From Nitrosopumilus sp. (GTDB lineage: Archaea; Thermoproteota; Nitrososphaeria; Nitrososphaerales; Nitrosopumilaceae), in the NCBI RefSeq assembly GCF_029882185.1, contig NZ_JAOULD010000001.1:86423-118422 (forward strand): DNA of 32,000 nucleotides, written 5' to 3'. Within the stretch, counting starts at the first letter, position 1, and the number at the start of each line of letters is the position of its first letter. This document shows positions 24,183 to 32,000 of this stretch, in pieces. Under the pieces are notes generated by a model. It was not told where the DNA came from and did no database searches. It saw only the letters and a program-made list of their open reading frames with translations. The position numbers and the translations under genes were made by a program.

Positions 24183-24911
24183 TCATAGTAGTACTAATTT
24201 GTTAAGAAGTGGAAAATTTGCAATATAAGCAAGTTGATTTGTAAATACTAGAATTCCCAAAATGATGATAAATGAGCCTAATATCACGTTGTAATATTTC
24301 AAATGTCTAGACATTGAACGAATGATTCCTGTTGCTCTTGAGAAGAAAGTTCCTATTATGATAAATGGAATTCCTAGTCCTAAAGAATATGCAAGTAGTA
24401 AACTAAATGAAATAGATGGTGTCGTTGCAGCCAAAGTGAGAATTGTCCCTAGAATTGGACCTACACATGGAGTCCATCCTGCAGCAAATGATAAACCAAA
24501 AACAAAAGACATTGGATAACTAGACTTTGAATTTTTTGGAAAGAATTTTTTCTCTATGTTCAATGAATTAATTTTTGTAGAAAGTAGCAAAAATATACCA
24601 AACGATACAATGATGATTCCTCCTATCGTGTTAAAACTTTCAATAAATTCTCCTGCAGTGCTTGAAAGAACACTGTTGATAATTACTCCTAATATTGAGA
24701 ATACGATTGAAAACCCTAAAACAAAAAATATTGTATTTAGAATAATGTTCACTCTGTTAATGTGTAGAACCGTACCGTTTTTGGAACTTAATTCTGTTAA
24801 AGTAGTTCCTGATATGTATGCAAGAAATGCTGGGATCATAGGTAAGATACATGGCGCAACAAAAGAACCAAGGCCTGCAAGTAGTGCCACTAGTATGGTA
24901 ATCTCAGTCAT
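24183..24911 (-). CDS. ccdA: Cytochrome c biogenesis/thiol-disulfide transporter CcdA (DsbD transmembrane-domain family)
   Basis: 242 aa, polytopic. The two conserved Cys-Pro motifs of the family are present (FVAPCILPMIPAFL and AGWTPCVGPILG). Confidence 0.88.
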   Translation of the reverse strand: MTEITILVALLAGLGSFVAPCILPMIPAFLAYISGTTLTELSSKNGTVLHINRVNIILNTIFFVLGFSIVFSILGVIINSVLSSTAGEFIESFNTIGGIIIVSFGIFLLLSTKINSLNIEKKFFPKNSKSSYPMSFVFGLSFAAGWTPCVGPILGTILTLAATTPSISFSLLLAYSLGLGIPFIIIGTFFSRATGIIRSMSRHLKYYNVILGSFIIILGILVFTNQLAYIANFPLLNKLVLL

Positions 24912-24996
24912 ATCTCCCCTTTACAATTTTTCTTTTAAAGGATTATTCCACATCTTGATTCAATCCATTTTTAACTAAGGTGTCTTTATTTTTAAC

Positions 24997-25101
24997 ATGA
25001 ATAAGCGATTCATTATTGTTGGAATTGTTTTGGGCATCATAGTTGCATTTGCAGTAATAATAGGTTCACCTGCAATTGGTGGCTTTGATGCTATGCGTTA
25101 A
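24997..25101 (+). CDS. Possible 34-aa single-TM micro-protein
   Basis: Manual translation: MNKRFIIVGIVLGIIVAFAVIIGSPAIGGFDAMR. Its stop overlaps the bioF stop region (convergent). Below the ORF-track cutoff. Confidence 0.25.
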   Translation: MNKRFIIVGIVLGIIVAFAVIIGSPAIGGFDAMR

Positions 25102-26240
25102 TCATAAAATTTTAGATGCCCCTTTTCAAAAATACTCAATGCTTTCTCAATATCTGCATTTGATAACCATGCCGTCACTGATACTCTTAGCCTAGCTTTG
25201 TTCTTTGGGACTGTTGGGTATCTAATTGGCTGTGCATGGACTCCATTATCGAACAAAAATTTGCCAAATTCCATGGCTTTTTTTTCATTTCCTATTATAA
25301 TGGGAATTATTTGAGAGTGAGAGTTTATTTCATATCCAATTTCTTTAAGGCCTTTTGTGAGTTGTTTTGTATTTTTTTCGAGTATTTTCTTTTGTTTTTC
25401 TCTGTTGGATTGAAATCTCTTGAGCGAATATTCTATCAAAAAGGAAGGCAATGCTGATGTGTAGATGAAAGATTTTGATTTGTTTATGCACAAATCAACG
25501 ACGTTTCTTTGAGATGCGATATATCCTCCAAATGATCCTAACCCTTTGCTTAAACTGCTTATGTACAAATCAATTTGTTTTGCAATTTTGAAATATTCAG
25601 GAGTCCCTTTACCATCTTTACCTATCACAAAATCCCCATGTGCATCATCTACTATTGTTATTGCTTTTGATTTTTCTGCAATCTCTGTAATTTGTTTTAA
25701 TGATGACAAATCGCCATCCATACTGAAAATACCTTCAGTTATTACAAACTTGTTTTTTCCTTTCTCTTTCATTTTTTTGTTCAAATCTTCCATGTCGTTA
25801 TGTTTGTAGATTGAAACTTTTGCATCTGATAATTTGCATGACTCTATTATACTTGCATGGTTTAACTCATCGCTTAGAATCAAATCTCCTTTTTTCACAA
25901 TAGTTGAAATTGCTCCAAGATTTGCCATATATCCTGTAGGATAGATTAAACTACTTTCTTGTGATTTGTGTTTTGCAAGTACTTCTTCCATCTTTTTATA
26001 AGAATCATCATTTCCTGAAATTAATCTTGAACTTGATTGTAATTGATTGATTTGAATTTTTGTTGTTGGAATCCCCAAGTAATCGTTTGAAGATAGGTTA
26101 ATCAATTGTTTATTATTGATAGTTATTTTGGAACCTTTAGAAATTCCATATTTCATTTTTCTGTAAAGATTATTTTTTTTAAGAATTTCTAATTCTGAAT
26201 CAACAAAGTTCAGTTTATGCTTTAAGGCCAATTCGCTCAA
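25098..26240 (-). CDS. bioF: 8-amino-7-oxononanoate synthase
   Basis: 380 aa. PLP alpha-oxoamine synthase pattern (YLGI..., GYMANLG, DDAHG, SLSKGLGSFGGY) within a bio cluster. Confidence 0.88.
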   Translation of the reverse strand: MSELALKHKLNFVDSELEILKKNNLYRKMKYGISKGSKITINNKQLINLSSNDYLGIPTTKIQINQLQSSSRLISGNDDSYKKMEEVLAKHKSQESSLIYPTGYMANLGAISTIVKKGDLILSDELNHASIIESCKLSDAKVSIYKHNDMEDLNKKMKEKGKNKFVITEGIFSMDGDLSSLKQITEIAEKSKAITIVDDAHGDFVIGKDGKGTPEYFKIAKQIDLYISSLSKGLGSFGGYIASQRNVVDLCINKSKSFIYTSALPSFLIEYSLKRFQSNREKQKKILEKNTKQLTKGLKEIGYEINSHSQIIPIIIGNEKKAMEFGKFLFDNGVHAQPIRYPTVPKNKARLRVSVTAWLSNADIEKALSIFEKGHLKFYD

Positions 26241-27192
26241 TCATTTTAAGGTCTTTTTCAGCCTCATTTCCATTCATGGTGAGATACCCTGCTGTAATGA
26301 TTCCATTTGCTCCACTTTGAAGTAATTCTTCGCCAGAATCATCCAGATTTGTTTCACGACCTCCAGAAATTTTGATCACTGATTCAGGTAATAGAAATCT
26401 GATCACAGAAAACATTCTGACGATTTCAGAATTTGGTAAGTCAACTTGCAATTCTAATGGCGTTCCTGGAACTGGAACTAAGATGTTGATGGTAACTTCT
26501 TCCGGATATAGTCTAGCTAACTCTAATGCTAACTCTAGTCTTTGCTCTCGTGTTTCTCCAAGACCAATTATTCCGCCAGTACATAATTCTAATCCTGCTT
26601 CTCTGGCAATTCTTATCGTCTTTAATCTATCTTCATATGTGTGCGTAGTACAAATTTCAGAAAACTTTGATTTTGCAGTTTCTAAATTATGGTTGTATCT
26701 TTTTACTCTGAGTTCTTTTAGTTTTTTTGCTTGTTCTAGTGTCAGGAATCCTAAACTGCACTCTACACTAATTCCTACCTTGTTGTTAATCTCTGTAATG
26801 ATTTTACACACTTTTTGAAAGTTTGTAGGAGATGGTTCTCTCCATGCCGCAACCAGACAATATGATTCTGCACCTTCATCTTTAGCTTTTTGTGCTTTGA
26901 TAACAACTTCTTCTGGAGTTGGTAATTGATATGACTCTATTCCTGTATCAAAAAATGCAGATTGTCCACAAAATGTACAGTCTTCACTACATGCATTTTT
27001 TTTAATGTTGTTTAATTGCTCAACGTCCACTTTATCTCCGTTAAAATCTCGAGTAATCTCATTTGCGCATTTTGCTAAATCTTTTAGATTTTCTTCTGGA
27101 ATATCTAATAGTTTTTTAGCATCTTCTGATGATATGTGGTTTCCAGAAAATACCTTTTCTTGGCACTCTTTGATAAATTCCAGAGTATTCAT
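26215..27192 (-). CDS. bioB: Biotin synthase (radical SAM)
   Basis: 325 aa. CSEDCTFCGQS is the CxxxCxxC radical-SAM motif. YNHNLET and the GGIIGLGE segment are BioB-typical. It overlaps bioF by 26 nt. Confidence 0.92.
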   Translation of the reverse strand: MNTLEFIKECQEKVFSGNHISSEDAKKLLDIPEENLKDLAKCANEITRDFNGDKVDVEQLNNIKKNACSEDCTFCGQSAFFDTGIESYQLPTPEEVVIKAQKAKDEGAESYCLVAAWREPSPTNFQKVCKIITEINNKVGISVECSLGFLTLEQAKKLKELRVKRYNHNLETAKSKFSEICTTHTYEDRLKTIRIAREAGLELCTGGIIGLGETREQRLELALELARLYPEEVTINILVPVPGTPLELQVDLPNSEIVRMFSVIRFLLPESVIKISGGRETNLDDSGEELLQSGANGIITAGYLTMNGNEAEKDLKMIERIGLKA

Positions 27193-27208
27193 TATTTTGA
27201 TTACTATT

Positions 27209-27263
27209 ATTCCATTTATAACAATAATGGAATGGTTAACCTTGGTTGATGTGAGGGTTAACA
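27209..27263 (-). promoter_or_regulatory. bioB upstream region: TATA-like box inside an 8-bp inverted repeat, plus two GGTTAAC boxes 22 bp apart
   Basis: ATTCCATT (27209-27216) and AATGGAAT (27226-27233) flank TATAACAAT. On the minus strand TTATAAA lies at -23 to -29 from the ATG (27192), implying a leaderless or near-leaderless mRNA. GTTAAC cores are at 27235-27240 and 27257-27262. Confidence 0.4.
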
Positions 27264-27264
27264 G

Positions 27265-28593
27265 TCAAACTACCTTTGATTTTGCGGATTTTATTGTCAG
27301 TATTGTTCTTTTCAGGAGTAAATTCAATTCTGATTCAGTTATTGCTAATGGGGGAACAATCATGACTATGTTTCCTAACGTTCTAAGATAGATTCCGTTC
27401 TTTTTTCCTTCTTCAAAGAATATTTTATTGATTGATTGTTTAGGAGATATGGGTATTTTTTTTGATTTGTCTTTGACTATTTCAATTCCCATGAGCATAC
27501 CTTTGTGTCTAATGTCTCCTACAATGTCTATTTCTAAAATTTCACTGTAGAATTTTTTAAAAGTTTTAGATGTTTTTTGAATTTTTTTGATTAAATTATT
27601 TTTCTTGTACATTTTGAGATTTTGATTTGCTACTGCGGCTGCAATTGGATTTCCTGTATATGTATGACCGTGAAAGAGATGTTTCCAATCATTAAATTCT
27701 CCTAAAAATGAATTGTATATTTTTTTATTTGCCAGTGTTGCAGCCATTGTCAAATATCCGCCTGTCAGCATTTTTCCATATGCTACAATGTCTGGAATAC
27801 TTTTTTGTTCTTCGTACTGTAGCATTGATCCTAATCTTCCAAATCCTGTTGCAATTTCATCCAGAACAAACAACACATCATATTTTTTACATATTTGACT
27901 AATTTTTTTCTGAAATCCTTTAGGATAAATTACAACTCCCCCTGCAACCTGTGCACCACTCTCCATCACAAACGCTGCAATGTTGTCTTTTTTTGAAAAT
28001 CTTTTCTCAATCTTATCCAAACAAAAATTTTGGTAATCATTTATGGTTAATCCCTTTAACATACGGTATTTGTTAGGAACTGGGAATTGTATTGTTGTAA
28101 ATAACTGTTTTTTAAATTTACCAAAAAATTCTGGAACATATCCTACAGACATTGCCCCAAAAGTATCCCCATGGTATCCATTTTCTAATGTGGCGATTTC
28201 TGTTTTCTTTTCATTTCCGATATTTTTCCAATACTGTAATGCCATTTTGATTGCAATTTCCATTGCAGATGAGCCGTTGTCTGAATAAAACACCTTGTGC
28301 ATACCTGGTGATGTTTTTACAAGACTGTCTGCTAGTTTTTCTGCAGGCTCTGTTGTCAGATTAAATTGTGATGAATGCTGGAGTTTTTTACTTTGATCTG
28401 ATATCGCTTTGATTAGTTGTGGATTTGAATGTCCCCATACGTTACACCACATTGATGCAACGGCATCTATCATCTTATTCCCATCGGAGTCTATTAGCCA
28501 TATTCCTTTACCGTTAGTAATTTTATCAAAAGACTCCCATTCTTTCATCTGAGTGTTTGGATGCCAAACGGAACTTTTCAATAGATTTAGCAT
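27265..28593 (-). CDS. bioA: Adenosylmethionine-8-amino-7-oxononanoate aminotransferase
   Basis: 442 aa. Class-III aminotransferase pattern (HGHTYTGNP, DEIATGFGRLG, YGKMLTGGY) in a bio cluster. Confidence 0.9.
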   Translation of the reverse strand: MLNLLKSSVWHPNTQMKEWESFDKITNGKGIWLIDSDGNKMIDAVASMWCNVWGHSNPQLIKAISDQSKKLQHSSQFNLTTEPAEKLADSLVKTSPGMHKVFYSDNGSSAMEIAIKMALQYWKNIGNEKKTEIATLENGYHGDTFGAMSVGYVPEFFGKFKKQLFTTIQFPVPNKYRMLKGLTINDYQNFCLDKIEKRFSKKDNIAAFVMESGAQVAGGVVIYPKGFQKKISQICKKYDVLFVLDEIATGFGRLGSMLQYEEQKSIPDIVAYGKMLTGGYLTMAATLANKKIYNSFLGEFNDWKHLFHGHTYTGNPIAAAVANQNLKMYKKNNLIKKIQKTSKTFKKFYSEILEIDIVGDIRHKGMLMGIEIVKDKSKKIPISPKQSINKIFFEEGKKNGIYLRTLGNIVMIVPPLAITESELNLLLKRTILTIKSAKSKVV

Positions 28594-28610
28594 TGTTTTC
28601 AGTTCTTAAT

Positions 28611-28630
28611 AATTAACCGATGCGTTAATC
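28611..28630. promoter_or_regulatory. Inverted repeat ATTAAC-N6-GTTAAT in the bioA/bioD divergent spacer
   Basis: aATTAACcgatgcGTTAATc. The arms are reverse complements, and the half-site TTAAC is related to the GGTTAACC boxes upstream of bioB. Confidence 0.3.
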
Positions 28631-28631
28631 A

Positions 28632-29339
28632 ATGATTGGTTGGGAATTTATTTTGTTGAAATCCCTCTTTATTACTGGAACTGATACTGATGTTGGAAAA
28701 ACATACATCACTGCAGGACTGGCAGTTTCATTTCAAAAAATGGGTGTTGATGTCGGCGTAATGAAACCATTTGCAGCAGGTTCTGCTCAGAAAAAAGGTT
28801 ACAAATCTGAAGATGTTGAAATTTTATTGCGCGCTGCAAATGCACTTGATCCTGAAAATCTAGTCAATCCTCAATTCTTTCCAATTCCTGCATCTCCATT
28901 TACTGCATGGAAGAATCTAAAAACAAAACCAAAAATTCCTTTAATTATTTCTAGTTTTAAAAAATTATCAAAACTTCATGACATGATACTAGTTGAGGGA
29001 ATCGGCGGGATAATGACTCCAATTCTCAAAGAATATTATGTGACAAATTTGATCAAAGACATGAAAATTCCAACAGTAATTGTAACTAGAAGCAAAGTTG
29101 GTACAATCAATCATACTATTATGACAGTTAAGATGTGTGAAAAATACAAAATTCCTATAAAAGGAATCATAATTAATAATTTTGATAGCGGCTACCCTGT
29201 AAACGAACTGACCCGGGACTTGAAGAGTCTTACACAAGTTCCAGTTTTAGGCTCCATTCCTTTCATCAATGATATGAGTAACGCATCTTTAAGCAAAATT
29301 TTTCAAAAGAATCTTGATCTAAAATTATTGTTAAAATAG
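28632..29339 (+). CDS. bioD: Dethiobiotin synthase
   Basis: P-loop FITGTDTDVGKT near the N-terminus. An in-frame TTG at 28656 would give MKSLFITGTDT, closer to typical BioD N-termini, so the start is uncertain. Confidence 0.88.
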   Translation: MIGWEFILLKSLFITGTDTDVGKTYITAGLAVSFQKMGVDVGVMKPFAAGSAQKKGYKSEDVEILLRAANALDPENLVNPQFFPIPASPFTAWKNLKTKPKIPLIISSFKKLSKLHDMILVEGIGGIMTPILKEYYVTNLIKDMKIPTVIVTRSKVGTINHTIMTVKMCEKYKIPIKGIIINNFDSGYPVNELTRDLKSLTQVPVLGSIPFINDMSNASLSKIFQKNLDLKLLLK

Positions 29340-29343
29340 ATTT

Positions 29344-29892
29344 TCATATTCGTAAAATCTTGAATTTATTTGAGCCGCCTACATTGCTGAATTTAGCTAT
29401 TTCAAATACGATTTTTGAAAATGTATTGTTTTCTTTAGATAGTATGAATGATTTTCTTCCTACAGGAATATTCTCTGATAAAACTATCCAAATATTCTCT
29501 TTTTCTGTTTGAATTTTTTCTAGTTGGAGTATTTTATCATTAATTACCTTGGGATCTGATGATTTTGGTATACAAATTAACAATGTTTTCTTTGGATCTT
29601 TTTCCAAAGTTTTAATGTCTGGAACTACTATGTCGATCTCAATTCCATCATATTCTATTTTTCTTTGACTTGTAATCAATGTATTTGTTAGAAGATAATG
29701 CAGTAATCCTGTAGCTAAAATTCCAACTGATTCATCTTTTTTACCCATTGAAATTATTTTGTCATAACAATTTGCTGTCACATTCTCAATAATTTCATCA
29801 AACTTTTTTTCGCTTATTAGATTGGGAATAATTTCTGATTTTGTAATATATTCAAATAAATAATCCTTGATTGGATTTGATTCTTCTTCCAT
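29344..29892 (-). CDS. Hypothetical protein (182 aa), translationally coupled to HMG-CoA synthase
   Basis: Its ATG overlaps the HMGS stop (TAATG at 29890-29894). No family recognised. The segment KIEYDGIEIDIVVPDIK is only vaguely reminiscent of PD-(D/E)xK-fold cores. Confidence 0.6.
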   Translation of the reverse strand: MEEESNPIKDYLFEYITKSEIIPNLISEKKFDEIIENVTANCYDKIISMGKKDESVGILATGLLHYLLTNTLITSQRKIEYDGIEIDIVVPDIKTLEKDPKKTLLICIPKSSDPKVINDKILQLEKIQTEKENIWIVLSENIPVGRKSFILSKENNTFSKIVFEIAKFSNVGGSNKFKILRI

Positions 29893-31310
29893 TATTCGTT
29901 ATAGATATAACGTCGTTCGCCTCTGGATTCTTTCTCAGTGTCTACATGTACTAGAACAAACTCTTTATTTGAATGAACCATGGATTCTTCTGGGGATAAT
30001 TTATTTTCATGTAATTCTTCATATTCCTCCCATGTCAATTGCCTTCTTTCACCAATCTCTGCTTCTAAATTCATGTTCTTTACAATTTCTTTGTATTCTG
30101 GTTGGACAACACCGCTGAACACCATTGCACTACTTCCACTACCATAAGAGCCAAACCCTATTCTTTTTCCTTCTAAATCAATTCCTTTTTGATATTCAAA
30201 TTCTAAACTACTTCTAAATCCAAGATATAGAGATGCAGTATACAAGTTTCCAATCATGCTTGATGCAATAAGCGAACTGGATAATTTGGACTCGTACACT
30301 TCTTGATAAGCTTGAGTCTTTGTAAATAATTTTGTAAATTCATGATCTTTTGCCATGAATTCTTCATCTCCTAACACTGATTCAATTGTACCGCGTGGAT
30401 CTTTTGGTCTTGGTTCTTCAATTCCTATTTCTTGCAATATTTTCTTCCATCTTGGTAATTGCCTCCACTCATGTCTAACTAAATATGCCAGAGCTTTCTT
30501 TCCCATGTTGCTATATGGCAAGTGCATGTTGATGTAATCCATATGGTCTAGAATTGTTTCCCCTGGTTCTATTTTGATTAATCCTGTTGAAATCACTTTT
30601 TTCTTATATGCTTCAAGTGCTTTTCTCACCTGAATCATGTATAGTAAATTGGAATATTGTCCATGAACTATTGGTGTTTCTTTTCCAAAAGGTCTGTAAA
30701 AATCATATTCGTCTTTAATTGATGTTGATGTTACTTTAGGATCAAATGCTAATAATCTTGGGTCATCATTCAATAACATGACTACTGCACCTGCACCCTG
30801 AGTCATTTCACCACTAGAACCCATGTCGTATTTTGCAATATCTGACACTACTACTAGTGCATGCTTTCCTTCTGCTTCTCCTGCTCTAATCCAATTTGTA
30901 TTATCATAAAGAGCATATGAACCACTTACACAAGCAAATTTGGTTTCCACTCCTCCACAATGCTCAAATGCTCCTTGACCATAAACTTGCTCTAGCATGC
31001 CAATTACATATGAGTTCATTGCTTTTGATTCATCAAATGCAGATTCTGTTGAGACATATAGCCTACCGATATCTTCTGGTGAAAGTTTATTTTTTTGCAT
31101 AATTCGCAAACATGCATTTGCTGCAAGACATGCAGGGTCTTGATTAGCATCTACAATTGCCATTTGAGAAACTCCTAAACCTTTTTGTAATTTTACTGGG
31201 TCTAGACCTCTATTTTTTGCAAAATCAGATGCATCAATATACAATCTTGGAATGTATATTGCGATGTCGTCTATACCTGCTGCCATAAGCTTGGCTCCGA
31301 GTTTGTACAT
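29892..31310 (-). CDS. Hydroxymethylglutaryl-CoA synthase (long form, 472 aa)
   Basis: Thiolase-fold initiation-condensing enzyme pattern: IDDIAIYIPR, VSTESAFDESKA, catalytic-Cys context KFACVSGSYAL, and YSNLLYM/HLPY. An alternative start is the Met at 31286. Confidence 0.88.
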   Translation of the reverse strand: MYKLGAKLMAAGIDDIAIYIPRLYIDASDFAKNRGLDPVKLQKGLGVSQMAIVDANQDPACLAANACLRIMQKNKLSPEDIGRLYVSTESAFDESKAMNSYVIGMLEQVYGQGAFEHCGGVETKFACVSGSYALYDNTNWIRAGEAEGKHALVVVSDIAKYDMGSSGEMTQGAGAVVMLLNDDPRLLAFDPKVTSTSIKDEYDFYRPFGKETPIVHGQYSNLLYMIQVRKALEAYKKKVISTGLIKIEPGETILDHMDYINMHLPYSNMGKKALAYLVRHEWRQLPRWKKILQEIGIEEPRPKDPRGTIESVLGDEEFMAKDHEFTKLFTKTQAYQEVYESKLSSSLIASSMIGNLYTASLYLGFRSSLEFEYQKGIDLEGKRIGFGSYGSGSSAMVFSGVVQPEYKEIVKNMNLEAEIGERRQLTWEEYEELHENKLSPEESMVHSNKEFVLVHVDTEKESRGERRYIYNE

Positions 31311-31397
31311 TTAAGGATATTGGGTATATTCTAAATAACTAGGAAGGAAATTTCTGTACTTTTTTTGACAAATTACGAGTGATCTGATCGCAAGAAT

Positions 31398-32000
31398 CTA
31401 TTTTTTCAATTCATTCTCAAAAACTTTTTCAAATGTCTCAAAAGGCTGTGCTCCAAACAGTCTTGTTGTTTTTCCATCAGGCCCGATCACAAAAAATGCT
31501 GGTGTTCCAGTTAATTCCAGACTCCTTGCATCTTCATTACTTGCAAGTATTGTTTGTGAATGTAATCCCTCCAACATACATTCAGACCATTTGTCCATAT
31601 CTAGTCCTATCTCTTGTGCAAATTTTCCAAGATTCTCAGATGATGCCCATCCATTATTTTCTCCTGTCCAATTAGAATACAAAATATCATGATATTCCCA
31701 AAACAAACCTTGGTCGTTGGCACAGTGAGCACCATGAGATGCATTAACTGAATCAGGACCAATGATGTTATAGTCTTTGAATATCATTTTCACTTTCCCT
31801 GTTTCAACGTACTTTTCCATAATGTCGTTTTCTGTTGAATGGAAGAAAACATTACAAAAGTGACATTGATAATCTCCAAATTCAATTAAAGTGATCGGTG
31901 CGTTTGGATTTCCGAGTATGGGGGAGCCATTGTCCACAAATGTATTGAGTATAATTTTTGCAGGTCCTACTTGTTGGACTTTGGGTGCAGGTTTGATAAC
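31398..32000 (-). CDS. DsbA-family thiol:disulfide oxidoreductase, 5' end beyond the window
   Basis: NPNAPITLIEFGDYQCHFC (CxxC), and the later TPAFFV segment is the cis-Pro loop pattern. The frame stays open from 31937 to base 32000 (VIKPAPKVQQVGPAKIILNTFVDNG...), so the listed GTG start is probably not the real start. Confidence 0.8.
   Translation of the reverse strand, partial: VIKPAPKVQQVGPAKIILNTFVDNGSPILGNPNAPITLIEFGDYQCHFCNVFFHSTENDIMEKYVETGKVKMIFKDYNIIGPDSVNASHGAHCANDQGLFWEYHDILYSNWTGENNGWASSENLGKFAQEIGLDMDKWSECMLEGLHSQTILASNEDARSLELTGTPAFFVIGPDGKTTRLFGAQPFETFEKVFENELKK

Noticed and set aside
25236-28288. Plus-strand ORFs inside bioF, bioB and bioA (for example 26372..26818, 27005..27391, 28043..28288).
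   Set aside because: They are antisense to confidently identified biotin genes, and their composition is typical of shadow ORFs.
31330-31345. ATTTAGAATAT upstream of HMGS matching 11 nt of the palindrome arm.
   Set aside because: It is a single short match in AT-rich promoter DNA, with spacing to either candidate start codon that does not fit a TATA box. It is probably coincidental.

Overview
AT-rich (about one-third G+C by eye) archaeal chromosome segment. The gene content fits a marine ammonia-oxidising thaumarchaeon (Nitrosopumilus-like); this taxonomic call is inference. Supporting content: an archaeal ribosomal-protein operon with eS4 and RNase P Rpp29 embedded, proteasome alpha, an ESCRT-III/CdvB homolog and a COG2106 SPOUT gene upstream of uL3. 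Layout: (i) 1-4.4 kb holds purF (5'-truncated by the window edge), DUF427, purC, an ArsR-type regulator and a PPOX-family protein. (ii) 4.4-9.9 kb is an accessory-looking, decaying stretch around tRNA-Asn(GUU). It contains a polycationic Lys/Ala/Arg protein built from 36-bp tandem repeats, a recurring 28-bp perfect palindrome, at least three or four disrupted genes, about 1 kb with no intact ORF, a GC-rich structured-looking segment and a 50-bp-phased motif array. (iii) 10.2-18.0 kb is a 16-gene minus-strand ribosomal operon (uL3 to uL6, including a 59-aa uS14 below the ORF-track cutoff) that lacks uL2. (iv) 18.1-32 kb is housekeeping: SPOUT methyltransferase, psmA, DUF371, PQQ-dependent dehydrogenase, CdvB paralog, CcdA plus DipZ-like thioredoxin pair, bioF-bioB-bioA/bioD, HMG-CoA synthase coupled to an unknown 182-aa gene, and a DsbA-like protein open to the window edge. 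I found no CRISPR array, integrase, transposase or recognisable defence genes, and no clearly novel multi-gene system. The strongest unexplained signals are the palindrome family bracketing tRNA-Asn, the repeat-built polycationic protein, and a paired GGTTAACC-N14-GGTTAAC(C) motif seen upstream of both the uL3 operon and bioB. All repeat and motif counts come from manual reading and need computational confirmation.
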